A DNA stretch of 29,543 nucleotides. Source: a bacterium (GTDB lineage: Bacteria > Zhuqueibacterota > QNDG01 > DTFT01). Shown piece by piece: positions 1-8,522 of the stretch (position 1 is its first letter; each line of letters starts with the position of its first letter). A program made the position numbers and the translations under genes. Under the pieces are notes generated by a model. That model saw nothing but the letters and a program-made list of their open reading frames with translations, was not told where the DNA came from and did no database searches. The DNA lies in the NCBI GenBank assembly GCA_041306805.1, contig JBFZEN010000151.1, positions 1 through 29,543 on the forward strand, given 5' to 3'.

Positions 1-136
1 GCTCTTCCGATATATCGGGACATTGCGGATAAGGGCGTTTTTCATCCATCAGGTAAAGGCATGAACTCCACAACTTTCCATCCGGTCCTTCGAACAATGC
101 ATGATGTCCCGTTTCACGACCGGATGTTGCTTTCAT
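1..136 (-). pseudogene. Possible GH43-like fragment running off the left edge
   Basis: Manual translation from ATG at 136: MKATSGRETGHHALFEGPDGKLWSSCLYLMDEKRPY..., which resembles the GH43 last-blade motif (GH.s.f.gPDG.lw). An in-frame TAA lies 4 codons upstream of the ATG, so it cannot be a full N-terminal gene. Confidence 0.3.
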
Positions 137-162
137 CCTGAAATTCCATTAATGCAAAAGCC

Positions 163-1515
163 CTATTCAAAACCGATCCAATCGATCTCAACCGTCCTGG
201 TATTTTTTAACATTACAACCAGGTTTTGGACGCCTGATTTGAATCCGGTTAAAAGTGCTTTATTCGTCTTCCATTTGGTATTTTCAGGAATTTCAACCTG
301 GGCAATAACGGGACCTTCGGCATGATTTAATTTTATTTGCAGGACACATCCTGTTCGCGACTGCGCTCTTACATAGACTGATTTTAATTCATTACTTCCG
401 AAATCAACACTGTTGTACCGCACCCATGCGTTTGCAGTATTGAGCGTCGTCTTCCAGCCCTCAAATGGTTTGAGTGTGTCCATGAAAGCCACTGATACAC
501 CTTCATCGCTTTTAAGACTGTACCTGTCTACCTGTATTTTATGGGAGGCTTCCGTTGACCCGACACCGCGCAATGTGGGGATTACTTTTTTGATGGCGCC
601 GTCTGCGTTGAAAAACAGGCTGTCGATTCTCGCGGATCTGTTTTTGTCAAATTTCGGAGACAAGTCATTTTGATGATAGAAAAGATACCATTGACCGTTG
701 AATTCGATGATTGACTGCTGGTTGGTCCAGCATCCCGCAGGAGATTCATCCATGATCACTCCGTTGGCCTGAAAAGGCCCCATGGGATTATCGCCCATCG
801 CATATTCGAGTCTTTCAACCGTATTCTGCACGTGCGGATACGTCATATAATAAACACCGTTTCGCTCGAATAGAAAGGGGCCTTCTTTAAGTCCCTTTTC
901 AGGTAAGCCTTGAACCGGCTGCGGTTCAGTGGAAAGTTCCAGCAGGTTTTCTTTCAACTTGGCCACATAAATTTTGCCCATCGCCCAGTATAAATAGGCC
1001 TGTCCATCTTTGTCAATAAATGGATTCGGATCAATGCCATGGGCCCTTTGAATGGGTTCGGGCTGAACGGCAAAAGGTCCATAAGGCCTGTCCGATACGG
1101 CAACCCCGATTGAAAAACCCCTTCCGTAGTTGGCATCGCTGGCTGGAGCCGGAAAATAAAAATAGTATTTTCCGTTCCTGTGAATGCAGTCCGGAGCCCA
1201 CATACCGTATGATTTTGAATTAACCCAGGGAACCTTATCCTGACTGACGATGACGCCGTGGTCCGTCCAATCGGTCAGGTTTGAAGAGGAGAAAACGTGA
1301 TAGTCTTCCATGCAAAACCAGCCGATTCGGCCCCGCCCTTCCCCGGCGGGAATATCGTGTGAAGGATAAACGTAAACGCGGCCATCAAAAACCCTTGCCG
1401 AAGGGTCGGCGGTGAACTGGTTGAGAATAATCGGATTTTGCGCGATCAACCGCATATTCGCGAGAAACACCGCAATGCCGGCAATGAATAATTTCCAATT
1501 GTATTGATTCGACAT
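163..1515 (-). CDS. GH43 glycoside hydrolase (xylosidase/arabinofuranosidase type) with C-terminal CBM6-like domain
   Basis: ADPSARVF, WAPD, IDP and KEGP catalytic-propeller motifs; C-terminal WVRYNSVDFG...WIGFE CBM6-like domain; signal-like KLFIAGIAVFLANMRLIA-Q. Start placed at Met40 (1515) because residues 1-39 of the track ORF are transposase-derived. Confidence 0.88.
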   Translation of the reverse strand: MSNQYNWKLFIAGIAVFLANMRLIAQNPIILNQFTADPSARVFDGRVYVYPSHDIPAGEGRGRIGWFCMEDYHVFSSSNLTDWTDHGVIVSQDKVPWVNSKSYGMWAPDCIHRNGKYYFYFPAPASDANYGRGFSIGVAVSDRPYGPFAVQPEPIQRAHGIDPNPFIDKDGQAYLYWAMGKIYVAKLKENLLELSTEPQPVQGLPEKGLKEGPFLFERNGVYYMTYPHVQNTVERLEYAMGDNPMGPFQANGVIMDESPAGCWTNQQSIIEFNGQWYLFYHQNDLSPKFDKNRSARIDSLFFNADGAIKKVIPTLRGVGSTEASHKIQVDRYSLKSDEGVSVAFMDTLKPFEGWKTTLNTANAWVRYNSVDFGSNELKSVYVRAQSRTGCVLQIKLNHAEGPVIAQVEIPENTKWKTNKALLTGFKSGVQNLVVMLKNTRTVEIDWIGFE

Positions 1516-1797
1516 GGCATAGCGAATGCGATGAAGCACGAACCATTCGGCTTTCTGCGTAACCCCAAGTTCGCGGGTCGATTGCATGATGGGAATCCCT
1601 TTCTTGTGCGCGGTGATCAGCCGCCAATCCATAAACCATTTCTGCGGAGAGATTGCGCCTTCCTCGAAGATCGTTCCCCTCTTTAATGGGAAAGGTTTTC
1701 GGCAATCAGCACGCTTGAAAAGTCGTTCATATCAAATAGAGCGGGTTTTGCACTGGCTAGTGGAATATAAGCAAACAGGCTTTCCATTTCAACGGAT
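1516..1797 (-). mobile_element. Decayed IS1595-family (ISXO2-like) transposase N-terminal fragment
   Basis: One frame reads IR*NGKPVCLYSTSQCKTRSI*YERLFKRADCRKPFPLKRGTIFEEGAISPQKWFMDWRLITAHKKGIPIMQSTRELGVTQKAEWFVLHRIRYAM. This matches the IS1595 pattern RWNG.PVCP.C...C..C...GTIFE.S.IPL.KWF......KKG.S..QL.R.LGVTQKTAWF.LHRIR.AM. In-frame TGA stops at 1789-1791 and 1732-1734; two of the four zinc-ribbon Cys are lost. Confidence 0.8.
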
Positions 1798-1830
1798 TAT
1801 TGTCGGTTCCTGGATGCGGGAGCAATTGGG

Positions 1831-1870
1831 GAAGATTAAAAGATTGGTAGATTGGAAGATTTGAAGATAA
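1831..1870. repeat. Five imperfect 8-bp tandem repeats
   Basis: gaagatta|aaagattg|gtagattg|gaagattt|gaagataa. Confidence 0.8.
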
Positions 1871-1926
1871 AAAGTTCATGTCTGATTTTTCCACATTTAT
1901 TATTAGATGATTCTTTACTGCAGATC

Positions 1927-1968
1927 CTTTATACTTTATCATTCTACATTCTACATTTATAATTCAAG
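1927..1968. repeat. Six imperfect 7-bp tandem repeats just downstream of the PL11 stop
   Basis: ctttata|ctttatc|attctac|attctac|atttata|attcaag. Confidence 0.7.
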
Positions 1969-1981
1969 TTTGGAATCGGTT

Positions 1982-3787
1982 TTATGGATTGACGCCGAGG
2001 TAGTAACCTGTCATGGGCGGCTGGTCATATCCCATGGCCTTGAACGCGACGTCCAGCCTGTAAAGCGGATCCTGCATCAGACAGGCCCGTCTGTCCGCCG
2101 CCGGAATGGTTGTGGTGTAGACGCGCAGCGCGCCGTCGCGTACGGTGACGATTTCCTCGCGCCAATCGCCCAGAATGTCGGCCCAGAGCAGAACCCGCCC
2201 CTCGATCGATCGGTCGATGACCGGGCCGCGCCATTTGGTTATCTGTCCCCTGAATTGGAGTTCCCGCAGCAGGTCGGCGTCCCACCAGACAAGGCCTTCC
2301 TGGGGAGGAACCTCCTTTCCCAGCGGTTCGCCCCCGGCTGAAAAAAAGAATTTGTCTCCCCACCATTCCATGCCCGGAAAATCCGGATCGATGTCGCCGA
2401 CCAGGCAGGCTCCCATCTGGTTGTCTTGGGTCTCCTCGCCGGCGCCCGCTATACATACGCCCGTGCGGAGGTCCCACAGGCTGAGGCCGTTTTTCGGATG
2501 GGGATCCTCGAAACAGTACACGGCTTCGAGGCCCGGGCGCCGTGGATCGACGTCCGTGACGTAAAACCGGTCCGCGTGCCCCATGCCGTTGCTGTCGAAG
2601 ATGCGGCCGTCCTGGTCAATGGCAATGGATCCGTTCAGAATCTCGTCGCAGCCGTCGCCGTCGATGTCGGCAACGTGAATGGTGTGCGACCCCTGCCCCT
2701 GGTAGCGCCATCCCGAGGTCCGGTTCGACCACGACCATGCCTTCTTCAATTCCGTTCCGGACAGCCACCAGGCGTCCATCCGCATGAGACCGTATATGCC
2801 GCGCAGGACGAGCAGGGCGGGCGTTTTGCCGTCCAGATAGGCCACGCCCAGCATGTTCCTGTTCATCCTGTTGGCTTTTTCGTCTCCCCAGTCCGCCGAT
2901 TTCCCGCGGGGAATCCAGTCCGTCCTGGCGATTTCCGCTCCCGTCCCGCCGTTCAGGACCGAGCAATATTCCGGCCCCGTCAAAACCCGGCCGTTTTCAT
3001 CGCGGGGGTCGCCCTCCCCTGTCTTCAACGCCACCTCGGCCTTTCCGTCGCCGTTGAAATCCCAGACCACCATGGGCGAATACCAGATCCCGAGTTCGAT
3101 GGACCAGCCAAGATCCTTCCGCCACAAAAAAGTGCCGTCGCTTTTATAGGCCTCTATTTTGAACGTGTCCGGACTTTTACGTATGCGCCCGGGATCGACC
3201 ATGCTGCCGGGCCTTTTGACAACGAAATCGTACTCGCCGTCTCCGTCCAGATCGCCCACCCCGACCTTGCCCGCCGAAGCCGGTTGCCTCAGGTCGGACA
3301 TCAGCGGTATGGACAGATAATTCCTTTCCAAAGGATGCGGCTGCAGCGCCGCTGCGACGGATGCTTCACCCTCGCGCGCGTCCAAAACCGGCCTCACCCG
3401 CCAGGTATTTTCACCGTCCAGGGGAGGTTTTTCGTCCGTGAAATCCGTTGTTTTTCGAATGGGTTTTTTGTTCAACCGGACGGGATCACCACCGGCCGTG
3501 GAGCGGTACATGTTGAAGGAAATGTCTTCGGGATCCGATTTGAGGAGCCGCCAGCTCAGGTACACCTTCCCCCCGCCGGACGGCACGGCGACCAGACCGC
3601 GCCCCGGTTTTTCCTCGACGCGTTTTTCGGCCCATCCCAAAGCGGCGGGTTGTCCGCCATATTCGGGATTCAGCGTATAATAATCGCAATTGGGTGGAAT
3701 GCCTGTATTCGACGGCAGTCTGGGCTGGGCCGCGGCCTGGTTTGATATCAGGAGAATGACGACGACGCAGACAATCTGCCTGGTCAT
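1982..3787 (-). CDS. Rhamnogalacturonan lyase, PL11 (YesW/YesX-like), secreted
   Basis: RGLVAV..GGGKVYLSWRLL N-terminal FN3-like motif; Ca-binding GDLDGDGEYD, DFNGDGKAE and DIDGDGCDE repeats; GQGSH; signal peptide; GGGAGG SD before ATG 3787. Confidence 0.92.
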   Translation of the reverse strand: MTRQIVCVVVILLISNQAAAQPRLPSNTGIPPNCDYYTLNPEYGGQPAALGWAEKRVEEKPGRGLVAVPSGGGKVYLSWRLLKSDPEDISFNMYRSTAGGDPVRLNKKPIRKTTDFTDEKPPLDGENTWRVRPVLDAREGEASVAAALQPHPLERNYLSIPLMSDLRQPASAGKVGVGDLDGDGEYDFVVKRPGSMVDPGRIRKSPDTFKIEAYKSDGTFLWRKDLGWSIELGIWYSPMVVWDFNGDGKAEVALKTGEGDPRDENGRVLTGPEYCSVLNGGTGAEIARTDWIPRGKSADWGDEKANRMNRNMLGVAYLDGKTPALLVLRGIYGLMRMDAWWLSGTELKKAWSWSNRTSGWRYQGQGSHTIHVADIDGDGCDEILNGSIAIDQDGRIFDSNGMGHADRFYVTDVDPRRPGLEAVYCFEDPHPKNGLSLWDLRTGVCIAGAGEETQDNQMGACLVGDIDPDFPGMEWWGDKFFFSAGGEPLGKEVPPQEGLVWWDADLLRELQFRGQITKWRGPVIDRSIEGRVLLWADILGDWREEIVTVRDGALRVYTTTIPAADRRACLMQDPLYRLDVAFKAMGYDQPPMTGYYLGVNP

Positions 3788-3820
3788 GTGGCAGCCTCCC
3801 CGTAAAGATGGTGCTCTTGT

Positions 3821-5509
3821 TTATTCGTACCTGTACAGGCTCACGCGCTGTATGTCCGGGCCGTCACCGGAAAACCTCAAGCCGCTGCCGGACTGGTTTT
3901 CCGCGGCGGCGCCGGCCAGGTCATAATCCAGAAGAATGTCGTCCCCGCTCATCTTGCGGACCGGCATCCATCGGCCGTTCTCAAAGCGGCCCGTTTCCGC
4001 GTCGGCGATTCCCGCGATGGAAGGCCCGGGCGTGTTCGGCCTGAACGTCACCTGGATGTCGCTTCCGGCGGCCAGAAAAACGTCCCCGCCCTCGGCCATG
4101 AAAATGCCGTAGCCGGACGGGGCGACCTGCGACGGGTCGCGCCTGTTGCGACGCAATTCCACGTTAACAATGTAATTGCCCAGAGTCAAGTCCTTTTTGG
4201 GATTTTCCGCGTTCAGCGAAACGGCCGCGATGGTGCCGCTGCTCTGGTGCGCGAGAACCGCAGGTGAAATCTGCCCCAGCACTCCATAGGCCCGGGCCAG
4301 CGGCATATTCTGGATGGGCTCCGAAACGGGCTGGGCCGTTTTTTCGATGCGGTCGATGGCGAAAGCGGAATACCCGATGCCCGCATGCATGCCCACGGCA
4401 TAAAACGCGTTGGCCGCTCCCGCGGCGCCGCCTCGGGATTCGGGCACGAAAAGCGGATTTCCGTTCCTGTTGAACCGGGCGCACCATTCGGCGAAATCGG
4501 GCAGATAAATGTCGGGCGCGTTGAAATCGATGTGCGGCGCCCCGGCCCTCCACGCTTCCAGCGTCAGCGGTTCCGGCCCCCCGCTGGGATAATCGCCGGG
4601 CCCCCTGTCGCCTGGCTGTACAATCCATGTATTCGTGAAAACGGGAATGGGATACGCCTCCTTCCCTTCCGCTGCCATGCCGTCCATGGTTCTGGCGTAA
4701 TGCCAGGCCATGAATATTTCATCCGCGGCGGCGTTTCGGCCGAAAACCTGCTCCCACGTTCCCGCGGTGCTGGAACCGGCGGAATCCCACACGCTCTTGA
4801 ATTCGGGAAGGAGGGTGCCCCGGTTCTTCTTCATATAATCGAGAAACGTCTTTGGGACCGGCGAGCGGAAGGCCGCCTCGGCCGCGGGGCATCGGTCGCG
4901 CGAATCGCCAAGAAGGCCGACCTCGTTCTGAAGCTGTATCATGATGACGGTTCTGTGCTCCGAATCGGCCATGGCCAGGTGGCGCATGAAGGCGGTGTAG
5001 GCGCGCTTGTCGGCGTACAGGTTGGTCTCGCTGAAAGGCGTGAGCACTTCAACGGATTTGCCGTTTTGGATCTTCGAGCGCGGAAACCGGTTTGGGTCGG
5101 CCTTCACCCACGGGGGAGCGAAACTCGACAGGCCGTTCTTCCAGCTGCCGAACCAGAGGAATACCACACGCAGGCCGTTCCTGCGCGCCCCGTCCAGCAC
5201 GCTGTCCACCAGAGTAAAATCGAACTTCCCTTCCTCCGGTTCCACCCAGGCCCATGCCACGGCCGTGAGCACGGTGTTGAGGTTCATTCTGACGAGCCGG
5301 GGCCACACCGTTTTCATGTGTTCGAGGCTCGAGGCGGCCGTGTTCGTCAATTCGCCCCCCAGAATCAGGTACGGACTGCCGTCCACGATCAACTGCACGG
5401 CCTGCCCCCGCTTTTCGAGGCGCGGGATGGACGGATTCTGGGCCGACGCGGCGGAAATGCACGCAAGAAAAATCCATGCGAAGAGAATTCTTTTTGGCAT
5501 TGTTTTCAT
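3821..5509 (-). CDS. GH35 beta-galactosidase with DUF5597-like C-terminus
   Basis: LIVDGSPYLILGGEL, WAWVEPEEGKFDF, LWFGSWKNG, QLQNEVG (acid/base) and LFVPESRG (nucleophile) motifs; signal peptide. The start could be 5530, 5509 or 5500. Confidence 0.88.
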   Translation of the reverse strand: MKTMPKRILFAWIFLACISAASAQNPSIPRLEKRGQAVQLIVDGSPYLILGGELTNTAASSLEHMKTVWPRLVRMNLNTVLTAVAWAWVEPEEGKFDFTLVDSVLDGARRNGLRVVFLWFGSWKNGLSSFAPPWVKADPNRFPRSKIQNGKSVEVLTPFSETNLYADKRAYTAFMRHLAMADSEHRTVIMIQLQNEVGLLGDSRDRCPAAEAAFRSPVPKTFLDYMKKNRGTLLPEFKSVWDSAGSSTAGTWEQVFGRNAAADEIFMAWHYARTMDGMAAEGKEAYPIPVFTNTWIVQPGDRGPGDYPSGGPEPLTLEAWRAGAPHIDFNAPDIYLPDFAEWCARFNRNGNPLFVPESRGGAAGAANAFYAVGMHAGIGYSAFAIDRIEKTAQPVSEPIQNMPLARAYGVLGQISPAVLAHQSSGTIAAVSLNAENPKKDLTLGNYIVNVELRRNRRDPSQVAPSGYGIFMAEGGDVFLAAGSDIQVTFRPNTPGPSIAGIADAETGRFENGRWMPVRKMSGDDILLDYDLAGAAAENQSGSGLRFSGDGPDIQRVSLYRYE

Positions 5510-5516
5510 CCGTTCA

Positions 5517-8480
5517 TTATTTGGAGTCATTTTTGATTTTTGATTTTTGAATTGCCTTGGCCAAAGAGCATCCCTTCAAACCATGGACTCCTTCAACAAC
5601 CATGGACGCATTCAGTGCCGCTCCCGCCCACGACGTATGGGTGTGGTCTTTGGACGTGAAGTACGCTTCATGAACACGGTCGAAACCTTCTTTTTCATAT
5701 CGCCGGGCCACGAGTTCATTCAAATCGATGAAAAAAGCCCCCTCGGACCGGGCGGTTTCCCCGGCCCACAGGCCGTAAGTCTTGTCGATCCGTTTCACTT
5801 TTCCCTCTTCCCATGAATCCCTGGGCACGGGTGAAAGCACGATCGCGGCGGCGCCTTTGGCCGTGGTTTCCCGGATCATCCTTCTCATGTACCATCCGTA
5901 GGTATGCACGGTTTCCGTCTTGCCCGTGGTGTCCATCACCGTTTCCTCGATCTCTTCGCCCGTGCCTTTCAGGGTGCCCCTGGCGCGGCCCGTGTTGATC
6001 GGGCCGTCGTCGTTGTGCCCGAACTGCATCATGACGAAATCCCCCGGCTTCAGGCTGTCCCGCACGGCAGCCCACAGGCCCTGGGTTTGAAATGTGCGGC
6101 TGCTGCGGCCGCCGAGCGCGCGGTTTTCGACGCGGACCTGGGCTGTGTCGAAATACGCCTCCAGGGGGCGCCCCCATCCCCACAATTGATCCTGGCCGTC
6201 ATCCCTGCCGTTCCTGACCGTCGAGTCGCCGATGAGATACAGCGCCGGTTTTCCGCCCTCATTGGATTGGGCAGGCACCGGCCCGATGACGACGAGCACG
6301 CTTTCCCATCCGCCCAAATCGAGCGGCATCGAGGCAAAACCGTCCGCAACCCGGACGCCGTACAGCGGCCTGATGGTCCCCGATTCCCCGTCCCACACCT
6401 GCGCCGTGCCCCTGCCCGCAAGCGAGGCCCTGCACGATGAGGGGATTGAATCTTCATTGAAACAGAAATAGACGTCGGCGTCTTTTATTTTCCTGTGCAT
6501 GATTTTCAGCGAGGGGCAATTTCTGTCCAATTGAACATCCGGTGGCGGAAGATATTCAAGGACATCCCGGCTCAATTCGGCGGCGGATTCACGGACGGAC
6601 CGGGGGATGTCGGCAGCGGGTTCGGCGTAAAGGAACGTCCGGCCGGCCGCCAGAACCGGCCCCCTGCCCATGATGACCACGCGCCCTCCCCTTCCTGCGA
6701 ATTCCCGAAGCCGGTCGACCGTGGATTTGAAAAGAACGCTCGCATCGGGAACGATGACGGCTTTGTATTCCTGCCCGCTGCGGTTGACCAGCCTGTCCCC
6801 CTTGATCCGGACGTCCGAAACGAGCGCCCCTTCATCCACCCAGTCGAAATCGCGCTGGTTTTCCATGAGGGCCCGGGCCAGGGCCACGCTGTTTGTGTTG
6901 GCCCTGGCATCCCCGCACCAGACTGAAGCCGTGGGGACGATCATGGCGGTTTGCGCGGCCGGCCGGCCCTGCGACAGCATGTACGAGACGCGGCGCATGG
7001 TGTCGGCGATGCGCGGGAATTCCGGTGACTCAAAGAAATTTCTTCTTTCCCGCGGGGCCGGGGGAGATGGCCCCGGACCCGGGACACCCTGCGCCTTGAG
7101 CGAATCGGATTGGCCGGCAGCTTCAGGCGGCGGCCGCCTGCCCGCGGAACTGGAGTAGAACATGATCTGCACCATGTTGATGCCGCGCGCGAGCTGGTAG
7201 TCCATCACCCATTTGGCCTGCCGCGGAGTCGGACGATGGGTGTAGGCCGCGAAACTCTCGGTGAACGCCCGCGGTTTGCCGGCCGTATGCGCCGCGGACG
7301 AGGCATACTTGGGATAATCGGCCGTGTGGTCCATCCAGATCTGGCTCCATATGGCGTCCACTCCCGGCGCGGCCGCGTATTTCATGTTCCTGAAAAAGTC
7401 GCCGCCCGACCTCGCAAGGGCCGGCATGTCGTCGTCTTTGTTGAGATGCACGATATAGGAGACACCGTTTTGGGCACACCATTCGTGCTGGACCCTGAAA
7501 AAATTCTCCGCGAAAAGTCGCGACCAGACGTCCCAGTAATCGGCCTTGGCCCGCCGGACCGGATCGGACAATTTCGGCGCAAAGAACAGAGCCGTCATGG
7601 GGCGCACGTCGTAGCCTTTCTCCTTCAAGAAGGCGTCAAAAATGCCGCCCGTCCACGGTATGCCCCTGATGGAATAATCCGGTTCGTCCCCCATGAAACC
7701 CATGAAAGTCCGGCCGAATTCCGGTTTGAAAGCGTTTTTATATCCCTCGTGCGTCCAGGCGAGGAATTGCCGGGCGGCTTCGGGATTGAGGTAATCCATG
7801 AGCGAGGCATTGGTGTCTTTTCCCCGCGTGGGATTGTTCACCGAACGCGTGGGCGACGTCATGAAACCGTGCCTGGCCAGAATGACCTGCCATTTCCCTT
7901 CGGGCGCCGTCCATTCGATCCGTCCGTTTTCGACAGGCAGGGACAGGCCGGTGGAATCGGCGGCGTTGAATGCCGCGGCGGAAACCTCGTCCGGCGCCAG
8001 GCCGCGCGAAACGGCCTGCCCCGGTTCCACATCGATGCGTTCCGATACGGAAAGCGCCTGCATTCTCAGGTCGGGGCGTTCCTCGCTGAACCTTCCCCCG
8101 GCGAATCCGCTCGGGTATTTTCCTTCGTCTTCGATCCAAACCCGCATGTTCCGCTTGCCCGCTTCGCCGACCGCGAACCGGACCAGGTTGAACCATTCCG
8201 GTGAAAGGTAACGCGCGGTCATCCCGTACCCGGCTTCGATCATGACGCCGGTGAACCCGAAGGAGCGGATGGTGTCGAGGTCTTTTTGGATGGTTTCCTC
8301 GTCCACGGGTCCGTCCCATCCCCACCACAGCGTCAATCCGTATTCCGCGGCCGGGTTCCTGAACCGAACGGCCGCTTCTTCCACGGAAGGACGGGTCAAC
8401 TGCTGCCACCAGGCCTTGCCCGCGAAAACGGATTGCACGCACACGCAAACGGCCATCGAGAGACACATTCTGATTTTCAT
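5517..8480 (-). CDS. GH106-like alpha-L-rhamnosidase fused to a C-terminal CE12/SGNH rhamnogalacturonan acetylesterase
   Basis: N-terminal LWWGWDG...YLSPEWF...WIEDEGKYPSGFAGG and FMGDEPD (GH106-like, residues ~1-735). C-terminal LYLIGDST, GGRSSRTF, QFGHND and DHTH (complete SGNH set, from ~6255 down). Signal peptide. Confidence 0.82.
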   Translation of the reverse strand: MKIRMCLSMAVCVCVQSVFAGKAWWQQLTRPSVEEAAVRFRNPAAEYGLTLWWGWDGPVDEETIQKDLDTIRSFGFTGVMIEAGYGMTARYLSPEWFNLVRFAVGEAGKRNMRVWIEDEGKYPSGFAGGRFSEERPDLRMQALSVSERIDVEPGQAVSRGLAPDEVSAAAFNAADSTGLSLPVENGRIEWTAPEGKWQVILARHGFMTSPTRSVNNPTRGKDTNASLMDYLNPEAARQFLAWTHEGYKNAFKPEFGRTFMGFMGDEPDYSIRGIPWTGGIFDAFLKEKGYDVRPMTALFFAPKLSDPVRRAKADYWDVWSRLFAENFFRVQHEWCAQNGVSYIVHLNKDDDMPALARSGGDFFRNMKYAAAPGVDAIWSQIWMDHTADYPKYASSAAHTAGKPRAFTESFAAYTHRPTPRQAKWVMDYQLARGINMVQIMFYSSSAGRRPPPEAAGQSDSLKAQGVPGPGPSPPAPRERRNFFESPEFPRIADTMRRVSYMLSQGRPAAQTAMIVPTASVWCGDARANTNSVALARALMENQRDFDWVDEGALVSDVRIKGDRLVNRSGQEYKAVIVPDASVLFKSTVDRLREFAGRGGRVVIMGRGPVLAAGRTFLYAEPAADIPRSVRESAAELSRDVLEYLPPPDVQLDRNCPSLKIMHRKIKDADVYFCFNEDSIPSSCRASLAGRGTAQVWDGESGTIRPLYGVRVADGFASMPLDLGGWESVLVVIGPVPAQSNEGGKPALYLIGDSTVRNGRDDGQDQLWGWGRPLEAYFDTAQVRVENRALGGRSSRTFQTQGLWAAVRDSLKPGDFVMMQFGHNDDGPINTGRARGTLKGTGEEIEETVMDTTGKTETVHTYGWYMRRMIRETTAKGAAAIVLSPVPRDSWEEGKVKRIDKTYGLWAGETARSEGAFFIDLNELVARRYEKEGFDRVHEAYFTSKDHTHTSWAGAALNASMVVEGVHGLKGCSLAKAIQKSKIKNDSK
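5526..5551 (-). repeat. TCAAAAA heptad element, copy 1
   Basis: Sense strand ttcaaaaa tcaaaaa tcaaaaa tgac; translated as KSKIKND in the last codons of the GH106-CE12 gene. Confidence 0.8.
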
Positions 8481-8522
8481 GGGAGGGGTTCTTTCTATTA
8501 TTGGTGATTCGTGATTTTCCCG

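Noticed and set aside
1-13. The window begins GCTCTTCCGAT, like the Illumina adapter end GCTCTTCCGATCT
   Set aside because: It diverges at base 12 (A instead of C), and the window start is arbitrary; probably coincidence.
1516-1632. N-terminal 39 aa of the 489-aa track ORF as part of the GH43 protein
   Set aside because: They are IS1595 transposase-derived and precede the signal peptide.
1757-1942. 61-aa minus-strand ORF (MIKYKG...) as a real small protein
   Set aside because: It is largely a translation of the 7/8-bp repeats plus an off-frame part of the IS remnant.
2426-3745. 439-aa plus-strand ORF, and similar long plus-strand ORFs at 4385-5536, 7110-8204, 11930-12739 and 13612-14775
   Set aside because: Antisense shadows of high-GC genes: they fully overlap well-supported CAZymes and show no recognisable motifs.
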